This document shows, in pieces, positions 52,426 through 64,000 of a stretch of DNA of 64,000 bases. Source of the stretch: Octopus sinensis (lineage: Eukaryota); contig NC_043008.1 of assembly GCF_006345805.1 (NCBI RefSeq), forward strand, positions 27,590,001-27,654,000, read 5' to 3'. The notes beneath the pieces are model-generated. The model had not been told where the DNA came from. It worked only from the letters and a program-made list of their open reading frames with translations, and searched no databases. The translations under genes were made by a program, and so were the position numbers. The stretch's first letter is position 1. The number at the start of each line of letters is the position of its first letter.

Positions 52426-53530
52426 TATATATATTTATATATATATATTAAAGAAGTAAATTGTGACATAAATCTGCATTGCTAGACTATATGGAAATTT
52501 AAAATAGCACACCTTAATTATAGATATGTAGCAGGATAATTCAGTTTCAGTGATTAAAAAAATCATTCTTAGAATATTATGCAGAATTTTCCGTGAATAA
52601 CCCAATACGCTACGAATAGATGGAGAACTATCGTACATTCTAAAAAATCGTCTAATATGTATAGTATGCAAGCAAGTTGTTGCCCCTGTGATGTTCTGCG
52701 TTATGAAGACCAAAAGTTTATAGTGCTTATAAGAGACATTTTTATGGTGCATCGAACATCCGTTTTTTTTTTACGCTGTCATTTTTGTATGCCGTTATCT
52801 GTTTATCTAGCTGCTTATTTCTTTGTGTGTTCTGATATAGTATTCATTTTGAAAGATTTTGCGAAAGCAAACACGATAATAATGAGAGACCACGCAAAAA
52901 AAGCAGATAGAATTATATCAAAAGCAACAAAAAATAACGTGTTTCAAGAATTCGAATCTGTCGAGCCTATTAGACAAAATATAGCTTTCGCATTCCACTC
53001 TAAATTTTCTGCGGAGTCCATATATACGTATTCATACAGACCATTAAGCTTATACTCAATGTTAGCAACTGAGCTGCAGAAAGTATTTAGATAAAAACCC
53101 AGTCATGAATCCATGCTGTACAAACACAGAATTAAAGATAGACACAAAGAGGCCGAGAAACAGACAGACGAGCGCGCACGCACACGCACACACATACACA
53201 TGGACGGATTGGTGGATATGTATATATATATATTTACAAACTTATATATAAACTTTCCTACGAATAAAGCACTAGAATTGTCTGCCATTATCAACTCGTT
53301 CTTATACACATTTTGTGTATATTGTTTCCTCTATTCACAATGGCCATTCATTCACGAAATATAATAGAATCGTTCAAGAAAACTTGTAACATGATAGAAT
53401 GTCATTTATAATGTGAAAGATTTTCACGAATTGTTACACATGTAGAGATGTACAAAATATTTGCATTTATAATTATGCATAAACAAATTATTTTCAAGCA
53501 TATACACGCAGACGAAAGGGCGCACTCACC

Positions 53531-53594
<64 letters not shown>

Positions 53595-54229
53595 GACACT
53601 CACACACTCACACACACACACACATAGAAACATAGGCAATAGCATACTTGATTTCTCTAGAATTAGAAAAGAAATATATTATTTTCTTCAGTATCCTGTA
53701 TGGAAAAATACAATGAACTTTTGTTGTATAACTCATTTATCTGACCATATGAAACATTCATCGCATTCATGGTGCATTCTGGTTCAACTAATCTTCCAGT
53801 GTGTCGACAAGGTATACAATATATCCCAAACATGCAACTATTACATTAACAAAGACAATTTGTCTACAAACACAGAAGTCACTAGTACTCGTATCATTTG
53901 CTTCCTTTCGATGATCCCTTTAGTAAGCATAGAGACGTGAGGTAATTCGTAATTATTGGATACTGTTTTCTCTTTTACATTGGAATTGTTATAACTCATT
54001 AGATGGCTTTGGTTTTTGCGAATTTTCGCATATATTAAACAAAATGATAATCATATTTTTTTCTTACATTTCTTCTACTTTATTTTCATTAAGTGATCTT
54101 TCTGGAGAAAGATCGATGTTCCAGATTAATGTTCAGAACTCCTAAATTAAATATCGCATACGTGCCAGAGCGTTTGACATTAAAATTCTGATACTACAAA
54201 AGGGAATAATATTGGTTTCAAATCTTGGA

Positions 54230-55890
54230 ACAAGGTCAGCAGTTTCGGATATGGGCGTAAGTAGATTACATCGCCTCAGTCCTCAGTTGCTTATTATTTT
54301 ATCCATTCCGAAAAAATGAAAGGTAAACTCGACTTCAAAGGATTTTGTGCTCAGAAGGTAAAGAGGGATGAAATGCCGCTGAGCGTTTTGTCCGGCCTGC
54401 TGAAGATTTTGCCAGGTCACCACCTTACAAGGTCGAATAATATTAATTTTTTTTCAGACTTTCAAAATATTTCCTCCTTCGACAACGATTAGTATTTTAT
54501 GTTTTTGTAAATTTCTACGCTCAACCACACTTTCCAATATTAGTTTACTTCTTAATTTAAGCCGGTGAGCTAGCAGAATCGTTAGCACGCCAGGTGAAAA
54601 GTGTAGAGGCATTTCACCCGTCATTACACTTTGATTTCAAATTCCTCAGTAGTCGAGTTTGCCTTTCATCCTGTTGGGATTGGATACAATAAATATCAGT
54701 CGAGTACTGGGATTGATATAATTGACTTAACCCTCTCCTGGAATTGCTGGCTTTGTACCAAATTTGGAAATCAATGTTAGTTTACTTCTTATTTTGGCAT
54801 TGTACATATTATAACCCCTGGCAATAAAACAGTGGGAAAAGTGCGATTCCGCAGAAAAGCAGATGTCACAAAATAATCCTACAATTACTGAGTCGTATTA
54901 TTATTTCAAAAATACCTTTACAAAGTATATCATGCAATGTAACATGCTATCAGTTTTCCACCTGGTTAAATTCTCAATAGTTAATTAGTTCGAAACAATG
55001 GATTTTGTCATTGAAGAGGAAATAAAATACCGAAGAAAAGTCTTCAATTTTGTGACATGATGATAGAGACATTTTGTGAGGTAAATTTCATTTTGCGTAA
55101 TTTAAAATGTATACCAATAAACAATCATCACACACTTTTGATAGTCTCTTGTTAATATTTTTGATAATAAAAAAAAAAATCTAGACTCTTTTCTTTGTGA
55201 AATATTCGTGGCTATATGTAGTATGACAACGTATGCCAATGTGCTTATTAATATTCTTTTTTACCCTAGGCACAAGGCCCGAAAATTTGGGGGAGGGGAA
55301 CAGTTGATTTGATACACCACAGTACATAACCGGTACATAATTTATCGACCTCGAAAGGATGAAAGGCAAAATCGACCTCGGTGGAATTCGGACTCAGAAG
55401 ATAAAGACAGAAGAAACACCGCTAAGCCCGTCGTGCTAACGTTTCTACCACCGGGAAAAATGCTTAGCAGCGTTTTGTCTGCTTTTACATTTTGAGTTCA
55501 AATGTCACCGAGGTCGAATTTGCTTTTCATCCTTTCGTGATCGATAAAACAAATACCAGTTGAGCACTCGGATGAATGTAATCGACTTACCACCACCCCT
55601 GAAATTGCTGGCCTTGTACTAAAAATTGAAACTAATATAAACTATTATTACCTTGCAACTGAAAGCAGTAATTTGGCAGAATCGTTATTGCGCCAAGCAA
55701 TGCACTGCGGTGCTACCACACTGTACAAATTGCTTAGAAGCATTTCATTTATCTTTGTGTTTTGAGTTCAAATATTGCCGAGTTCACCTTTGCCTGCTAT
55801 CCTTATAGGAGTTGATGAAATGCATACCAGTTGACTACTAGCTACAATCGACTAGCTTCTCCCGCCAAATTTCTGGCCCTATGCCTATAG
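54230..55890. mobile_element. Cluster of about five diverged family-1 SINEs in both orientations
   Basis: Recurrent gagttcaaat..gccgaggtcga.tttgcctttcatcc and its reverse complement near 54310, 54640, 55350, 55500 and 55770. Confidence 0.8.
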
Positions 55891-56231
55891 GAGAAAGGAA
55901 TATTACACCGGGTTTATCAATTCCAAAATGAGGAAGAGCGTTAAAAGTTTTACAGGTATTTGAATACAAGTAATCGAATGATGAAAACACAGAACCCCAA
56001 ATGTTTTGAATGTCAAATACCAATATAACTTGTACAATATTCTGTTTCAGGGAATATACAAGAGTTTGTAGAAGCTGCTTAACGTCTGCACTAGAAATTT
56101 TATAAGCTGTCATCAGTGATTACAAATAACTAACTACAAGAATACGTAAATAATTACATTAGCAATTTGATATCTATACAAGAGAGTATTATGAAATAAA
56201 AAATATTCTTAAAGAAATATATCATAAAAAT

Positions 56232-56294
<63 letters not shown>

Positions 56295-56888
56295 ATGGAA
56301 AGTGATTAACGCTCAATTTTTATTATGTCTAAAAACGCAAAAGAAGCTGAAACAGGATTTCTCCTGATTGTTAAACACTGAATTATTCTATGAAATACGA
56401 AAATAAATTAACAAATTAGTAAGCAGTTGCCATCTTATCTAAATATTTTCTGCAGCTCAGTTGAATGCTACTTTGAGTGATTAGTAAGATAATTTAACTT
56501 TTAAGATATATATATATATATATATCTTGACAGACGTTTTCAATATTTCTGTTGGGAAAACTTTTAAATTTAAGACAAAACACAGATTTGAAAAAAAAAC
56601 AAATATAAACCTATACAAACGCTATTGATGAAACTGTCGATGCTTTTTTGTTCCCATATTACACAATATTAATAAAACGAGTGAGAAATAACGAATTAGG
56701 GGATAAAATATGTTAGGTTTCATATTTAATGCTGATTAAGTTTCTCTTTGAATCAGTTTATCATTCGCAACGGATGGATTTTAATGTGAATTCTCATAAA
56801 AAAAATTGACGTGAGGGGCGAATTTCTCGTTTAAGTAGTGCATCAATTCCCACTAATACACATCCACACACGCTCGTAAAAAATCTCA

Positions 56889-56926
<38 letters not shown>

Positions 56927-57329
56927 AAAGACCGCACGCACACAGAGAAAGAAACTCACACACGCATATAATATATATATAAATATATATATAATGATAT
57001 ATACGTATGCATGTATATATTTCATATGTCGGTGTGTGTGTATTTTAGATTGCATATATAATTTATGGACCAATGTGCTGAGTCTACTCAGCAATAATAA
57101 GTACCACCAAGTGGTGTGTAATCTGATATCCTCCTAAATTTTACATCCTAAACTCTGCGTAGGTGAGTTCTGAGGCGGCCTGTAGGGTATCAAAGTGTTC
57201 TCACGAGCACACAGGCACCAAATTTGATTAGCATTGCCAGGTTTGTAAGTCATTGTGATCATGATTATATGTATATGTATATTTTTAGCCTGTATGTATG
57301 AATATATAGATACCTATATAAATACATAT

Positions 57330-57878
57330 AACAGGGCATCCCATTAGTCCTGTCCTATCGAAAAGTTAAATGTCGTAAGCAGTCGTTCGGTAAAAGGGAA
57401 AAAACTGAACCACAACGGAGAAGGGAACTTCATAGGAAAAATATTCTTCCCTACATTTGTGGGATTGCAAAGGAATAATTCACTTTGAATTGTTACCACT
57501 TAGTGCAACAATCAATGCACAAGTGTACTGTCAGCAATTAAAGCGTTTGAAGCAAGCTTTGATGAAAAAAAGAGCCACTTTAATGAATCGAAAAGGAGTG
57601 ATGTTTCATCAGGCCAATGAGCGACACCACACTGCAAAGATCATATCACAGAAGATGGGGGTAGAAACAAGAGGAGGTCAAACTGACATTTCAGAGTTCT
57701 TCGCTTTGAAATCAAAAGTGTTTTACATTGATGGGATTAAACATCTTGTAAACAGATGGAAGAACGTCATAGATAATCAGGGAAAGAACATTGATGATTA
57801 AATTTCAACTAAATATAACATTTCATCACTTGTTTTCTTTATTCAAAATTCGGACTGAACTTATGGTATGACCTGATA
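57330..57878 (+). mobile_element. Internally deleted mariner (DD34D-type) element
   Basis: WDCKGIIHFELLP...TINAQVYCQQL..L...RKGVMFHQAN.R.HTA joined to FF....FY.DGIKHLVNRWKNVIDNQG..IDD*. Imperfect TIRs cagggcatcccattagtcctgtcc / ggactgaacttatggtatgacctg next to TA. Confidence 0.88.
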
Positions 57879-58274
57879 CATATACGTGTATGTGTGTGTG
57901 TGTGTGTATGCGTGTGTATTTATGTGTGTGTTTCTGAGTACATGCGTGCGTCAGTAAGTGTGTGAGTATATATAATTATATAAATATTTGCTATGTTGAA
58001 TGAAATATATTCACCATTTCAATTAGGCAGATTACATTTTGGACTCATGTTTCTGAATTCACAATTATGTTTCTCTCTTCCGAAGAAATATCGAAAATGT
58101 TGGCGTGAAACACCATACACACGTATAAATATTTGCTTTAAGTACGTAAATGAGTGCAGAAACAGAAATATGGTACACAATATTATGAACTGACTGCCGT
58201 AAAAAAGATATAAGCAATTTTTAGAGCATATATATATATACATATAGATACACACACACACACACACACACACA

Positions 58275-58360
<86 letters not shown>

Positions 58361-58407
58361 GCATATATATGTATATGTGTATATATATGTATATGTATGT
58401 ATATATA

Positions 58408-58438
<31 letters not shown>

Positions 58439-58456
58439 GTATATATATATATAATA

Positions 58457-58522
<66 letters not shown>

Positions 58523-58530
58523 ATATGCAT

Positions 58531-59188
58531 CTTCCAAATAAAGAAGCGAGTGCTAGATACACAAAAGGGGGATAAATTTATGAAATGGAATGAAAATCAA
58601 AAATGTTTACCAACTCAGCCAACCTTGTACCGCGGTTTCATCTTTTTATAAGCAAATGAATAGAATTTATCTGCCAAGGCCAGAATCATCAGCAAGAAGC
58701 CTTTGTAATCCGAGTTGTACATACCATTAGAAGCATGTGCAAATCTAATGATCTGTATAGCCTAACTTTTCAGAGCAGTGCGCAGACGCAAATCATACCC
58801 GGCGACAGGTATGATTTGTCGCCGGGTATGATTTGCGTCTGCGCACTGGTTTGAAAATTTAGGGTATACAGATCGTTAGATTTGCACATGCTTCTAATGG
58901 TATGTACAACTCAGATTACAAAGGCTTCTGGCCTTGGCAGATAAATTCTATTCATTTGCTAATAAAAATATGAAACCGCGGAACAAGATTAGCTGAGTTG
59001 GTAAACGTTTTTGATTTTCATTCCATTTCATAAATTTATCCCCTTTTTGTGTATCTAGCACTCGCTTCTTTATTTGGAAGCCTTTTAACGTACTTATATA
59101 TGAATAACATATAATCTAATGACTAATTTGTATTTTGTGCTAGGTCACTGGTAATAATAATTTATTTTTATTACCCTATTTACTATGT

Positions 59189-59232
<44 letters not shown>

Positions 59233-59921
59233 ATATATATATATATATATATAAAGATATGCATCTTCCAAATAAAGAAGCGAGTGCTAGATACACAAAA
59301 GGGGGATAAATTTATGAAATGGAATGAAAATCAAAAATGTTTACCAACTCAGCCAACCTTGTACCGCGGTTTCATCTTTTTATAAGCAAATGAATAGAAT
59401 TATCTGCCAAGGCCAGAATCATCAGCAAGAAGCCTTTGTAATCCGAGTTGTACATACCATTAGAAGCATGTGCAAATCTAATGATCTGTATAGCCTAACT
59501 TTTCAGAGCAGTGCGCAGACGCAAATCATACCCGGCGACAGGTATGATTTGTCGCCGGGTATGATTTGCGTCTGCGCACTGGTTTGAAAATTTAGGGTAT
59601 ACAGATCGTTAGATTTGCACATGCTTCTAATGGTATGTACAACTCAGATTACAAAGGCTTCTGGCCTTGGCAGATAAATTCTATTCATTTGCTAATAAAA
59701 ATATGAAACCGCGGAACAAGATTAGCTGAGTTGGTAAACGTTTTTGATTTTCATTCCATTTCATAAATTTATCCCCTTTTTGTGTATCTAGCACTCGCTT
59801 CTTTATTTGGAAGCCTTTTAACGTACTTATATATGAATAACATATAATCTAATGACTAATTTGTATTTTGTGCTAGGTCACTGGTAATAATAATTTATTT
59901 TTATTACCCTATTTACTATGT

Positions 59922-59926
<5 letters not shown>
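58531..59926. repeat. Two tandem copies (period 734 bp) of a 550-bp palindromic fold-back element plus flank, separated by (TA)n
   Basis: 58531-59080 and 59265-59813 each read cttccaaataaagaagcgag...cccggcgac|aggtatgattt|gtcgccggg...ctcgcttctttatttggaag. The same flank of about 110 bp follows each copy. Confidence 0.96.
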
Positions 59927-59984
<58 letters not shown>

Positions 59985-62480
59985 TAGTCAATTACGAAGC
60001 AATTGATTAAATTGATTCAGAATCATGCAGCTATTTATTTCACTGTTTTTCATATTCCCTATACTACATTTTAGGCCTGATTAACTCGTCTCTATTGATG
60101 CCTATCTGTGATCGTATAATATAGATATTCGTTATAAACAGAGAAAAGACGACTTGAAAATAATGCTATTATATATTCTTTTTTCAACCTACATTACCAG
60201 TTATTGGACTATGTAATCATGATGATTTCTCTTGGATTTTGTAGTTATGCTGTACTTTCTGCAGCTGATTGTAAAATATGTTATCTTTAAAATTGCTTAC
60301 ATCTAACCCTGTAAATACCTGCTTTGAATGTTACTTTTTATATAATATACCGCAAAGTATGTTTAATTAAATTACTGTGATGTCTTTACAGTCGCTGGTG
60401 TTTTATTGCATTTTCCATAAGTTAGAGAGATTACATACATTTAAACACCGCTACTAAAAGTAAAATCAATATACAACGCTGTTATTTGAGAAAATACGGG
60501 AACATAAGTCAAGGCAGAGAAAGTATTCAAGATGATAGTCATGCAGGGTTAAGAGTGATATACCTGAGGCAAGCCATGGAATGCATTATGAAATACTCGT
60601 AAATTGGCTTCTTCAAAACTCTTCCTGTATTATCTGAAATTTCCTGTTTAAAGAACTTACCAATCTTCGAATTGCTGGATAAAGTCCGCTCTTCAACAAT
60701 TTGTGTAGATTAGTCTACATCCTTGAAATTTGCAGCAATTGATCTTGATCACGAAATATGAGTTCCTGAATGTTTTCCTATCAATGGAAAAGTCTCCAGA
60801 TATCTCTAAATTCATTAGCACGTATTTTTTTAAATCCAAGTTTTCAGGAATATAATGCTCCCTTCAAGTGCCCAAATTTCTTGAAATATTTCTAAATATT
60901 GATTCGAAGAAATCGTTTTCGAATAGTAACCATAACTATACGATGCTTGCAAAGTAACGAAATGTACACGGCTTAAAACCCAATAATCAACAGGTTGCGC
61001 TCTTAAGATGACGCCAGGAGGAAAATAAATTTCAAGTGCTAGGCAAATATTAGGTATTATCAATTCATGTGTTACTCGTCAAAATTATACAATACAATCC
61101 CTCGTCTAATTCATCCTAAATGTGCATTTCCCTGAATAGATTTTCCATTGTTCTCAAGCAACATTTCTCGTAAGCTTATTGTATTCTTCATTATTACAAA
61201 GTAATTGATTCATCTTTTATAGCTCAAGAGTTGACAGAGTATTTTCTATAGAACACGTGTTTATCTCCAATTTTATTCCTCTGAGTGTTGATGTGATAAC
61301 AAACACGATACAGAGCTAAATATCGTGTGTTATCTTCTATGAGGAACCGAACATAACTATGTTATTCATTATGAAAGGACTACATCTGAATTTACATTGT
61401 AAATGAGTGTGCAAAAGATGATATCGGTGTGGCTTGAAATTGACGTAAATAATACGCGAGTCACCCAACAGTGCGGATGCAACCAATCCAGTTTTCAAAT
61501 AGTGTAGCATCAGTGAGGTGATGCGTCTCCGATTTATATACGAAATAAAAATTCTTAGTATATGATATGATAATAATCGGCATGCCGATAGTAAGGCCGT
61601 GAACTATATTGTTCCATAGTAAAATATTAGTTCATCTACTAAATATCCTGTTTATATAAGGACGCATATACACTGCCATGAGAATGTGAGTAACAGCAAA
61701 GCATTCTTCTTTTAAGAAAAACAAAAGAATGAATTTCGAGATGGTAAAGTTTGCTAAATATATTAGCTCACTGTTATAGAACTAATGCAATATGAATTTT
61801 GAAGTTATGTTTAAGAAATAAAATAAGAAAATCGCACAATGAGTTCGCTCTCTAAAACAAAGTTCGTCTATAACCCAATTACCGAGAGAGGATACGAGAA
61901 AATATTCTCATAATTCAATGGACCCCCATCCCTTTACAAGGTCGTAAGAGAATTAATAGTCTAGAATGATACAGAAATCTGGTGTGTCAGACGTTAAAGA
62001 AGGTGTACTTGAAATTTACTATGCTGATGAATAGCACAAATATCTACCGTATTGATGATTGTTACAATTGTTATCCAAACATAAGAAACATACAGATTTA
62101 AGCCAGTACTTCAGGCATTTTATATTAAGGCATGTATGTTGCATGTGAGTACGTATTTTTTAAAGACATTTCCGGTAGAAATGAGTAGTTAGCTATGAAG
62201 ACAAAATATCGCTAACAGAACAATGGTGACTAAAAAAACGGAAAAGATCATGAGAAGTTTTAATCAAAGCAGTTTAGATCAGAGACCAAATTGAATAAAC
62301 TACATCAAAGAGACCACCTTAGATTCCTCAAGATCCCATGACTTTCAACCTAAAAATTCTGACTACTGATTTATTCCCTTGGATTGCTATTTTCCAATCT
62401 AACATCGTAAATCGCCTCTATGTGCTGCTGCCTAATTCATTGTTTCTCAACAGAATGCGTACTTCTACACAAATTAGTTG

Positions 62481-62483
<3 letters not shown>

Positions 62484-62523
<40 letters not shown>

Positions 62524-62660
62524 TGGAGAGAGAGAGAGAGAAAAGGGAGAGAGAGAGAGAGAGAAAAGGGAGAGAGAGAGAGAGAAAAGGGAGAGAGAGA
62601 GAGAAAGAAAGAGATACAGGGAGAAAGAAAATGAGAGAAAAAGAGACTGAAAGAGAGACC
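62484..62660. repeat. (GA)n-rich microsatellite
   Basis: Directly visible. Source of the ER/SL ORFs. Confidence 0.97.
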
Positions 62661-63009
62661 GACAAAGACATAAAACCCGCTTAAAGAATAACTGAGACAA
62701 GATCAACGATTTGAAATGTGATATCAAACAGAAGAAAATCAAATTTTATTCGTGCTTATTCATCAACTGTAATCTGATATAATTCGTACGAAGTTCATGA
62801 CGTTTTTTGTTCGCATCCAACAGTTAGATATGTATTAGAGGTTGCATAGGCTATGTCAAATGTTGATTTGAAAGGATATAAATTTTAAGATATAGTTGCG
62901 ACTGTAGGTGGAAAGCGTACGTTTTAAAATAGATTTTTGTTTATCAATTTATTTATTTATTTATTTTCCTTATTATCATTATTATTGTTGTTGTTGTTAT
63001 TATTATTAT

Positions 63010-64000
63010 TCCTTTGTAACACAGTGTATGTAAAAATGCACAGGTGTCTTTAGTCATCTGTCAAGTCACGACAAGGAACTCAGATAATAATTTCCGTAAG
63101 ATGGGAGCTGTGCACAATAATGCTGTGTTTTGCAAGATGTCAATCTTGCATGGGATTTCCAGATGCCTTTAGAAGTTTCGAAGCTTCAATGGGATTGAGC
63201 CCAACGCTCCGATCACCACTGGTATCACTTTTACATTACCCTCTCTCATTCCATACAGTTTTGCTATTTCCACTCCCAATTCGGAGAACTTGGAGATTTA
63301 TTTCAACCTATTTTCTCCCAACCATTCATGTCATTTGGTATGGCTACATCTATGATCTAAGAGTATTTGTGTCACTTACTCAATATGACAATATCCGGTC
63401 GACAGTGTTCTATTATAGAATCCGTCTGAAAATCTCTGTCCCAGAGTAGCCATTACTTTCCCATCCTCCTGCATAAATTTACTTAAACATGATCATACCA
63501 GTTCTTTGTTACATCATATTGGTATTTACGGCATAACATCCAATGAAGGTACATACTTTATCGTGGCAGCGCTGGTATTCTTTTTATGCAAATCTCTCAT
63601 ATCTACGTACCCAGAGGGTCATATTTTTCCACACTCATTCCCCTGAGTTTGCACTCTTGGGTGTCAGAATTTTTATAGATGTTATATTTCACTGAATCGG
63701 TAGCGGAAGTCTGGTCTTGAACAGCAAAGATCATGCTTTCGGTGGTGCGCTTCAAATCATCTCGCTCTAGTCATGTCTACGATGCTGTATTATTAACGCC
63801 TTGTGTATTCCTTTCAAACTGTCCATGCATTCTCACGTCAAGAAGGTCTTCTTTGTCTTCTCAGCTTTATGGTTAAACTCTTGCTTGCACATCATTTTAT
63901 CTGCATTTACACCCATATCTTTTGCGGCATATTGCAACGGGTCTTCATCACTAATCATCAAATACTCGGCAAGTGTATACCCCTTAGACAATGGCCTATA
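63010..64000 (-). mobile_element. Decayed 3' part of a third R4/Dong-type LINE family (runs off the window)
   Basis: Minus strand gives IDVAIPND...VKVIPVVIGALGSIP...ILQNTALLCTAPILRKLL*, followed by a UTR and an (AAT)/(AAC) tail at about 62965-63010. Confidence 0.8.

Noticed and set aside
52657-53094. 145-aa plus-strand ORF as a gene
   Set aside because: No recognisable domain. May be an antisense shadow of the decayed minus-strand frame.

Overview
AT-rich, microsatellite-dense eukaryotic DNA. The SINE families and repeat style suggest an octopod cephalopod (inference from recalled repeat families, no database search). I found no intact host gene. Most long ORFs in the supplied track are microsatellite translations or fragments of decayed transposons. 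Recognisable elements: four R4/Dong-type (RT plus restriction-like endonuclease) LINE pieces, all abutting (TAA)n; a decayed Gypsy gag-pol; an RTE LINE; Penelope, piggyBac, hAT, Tc1, mariner and maT remnants; non-autonomous Helitron/Helentron elements; and many tRNA-derived SINEs. The least explained structures are: (i) a nest of different elements inserted in one (ATT)n tract, including an 845-bp non-coding element with 5 x 75-bp terminal repeats; (ii) three (TA)n-bounded tandem or fold-back arrays (491-bp, 580-bp and 734-bp units) that share short motifs; (iii) two dispersed repeat families carrying minimal type-I hammerhead-like folds, one with a consistent core substitution; (iv) a head-to-head tRNA-SINE palindrome; (v) a higher-order telomere-like array; (vi) weak traces of decayed GPCR-like ORFs.
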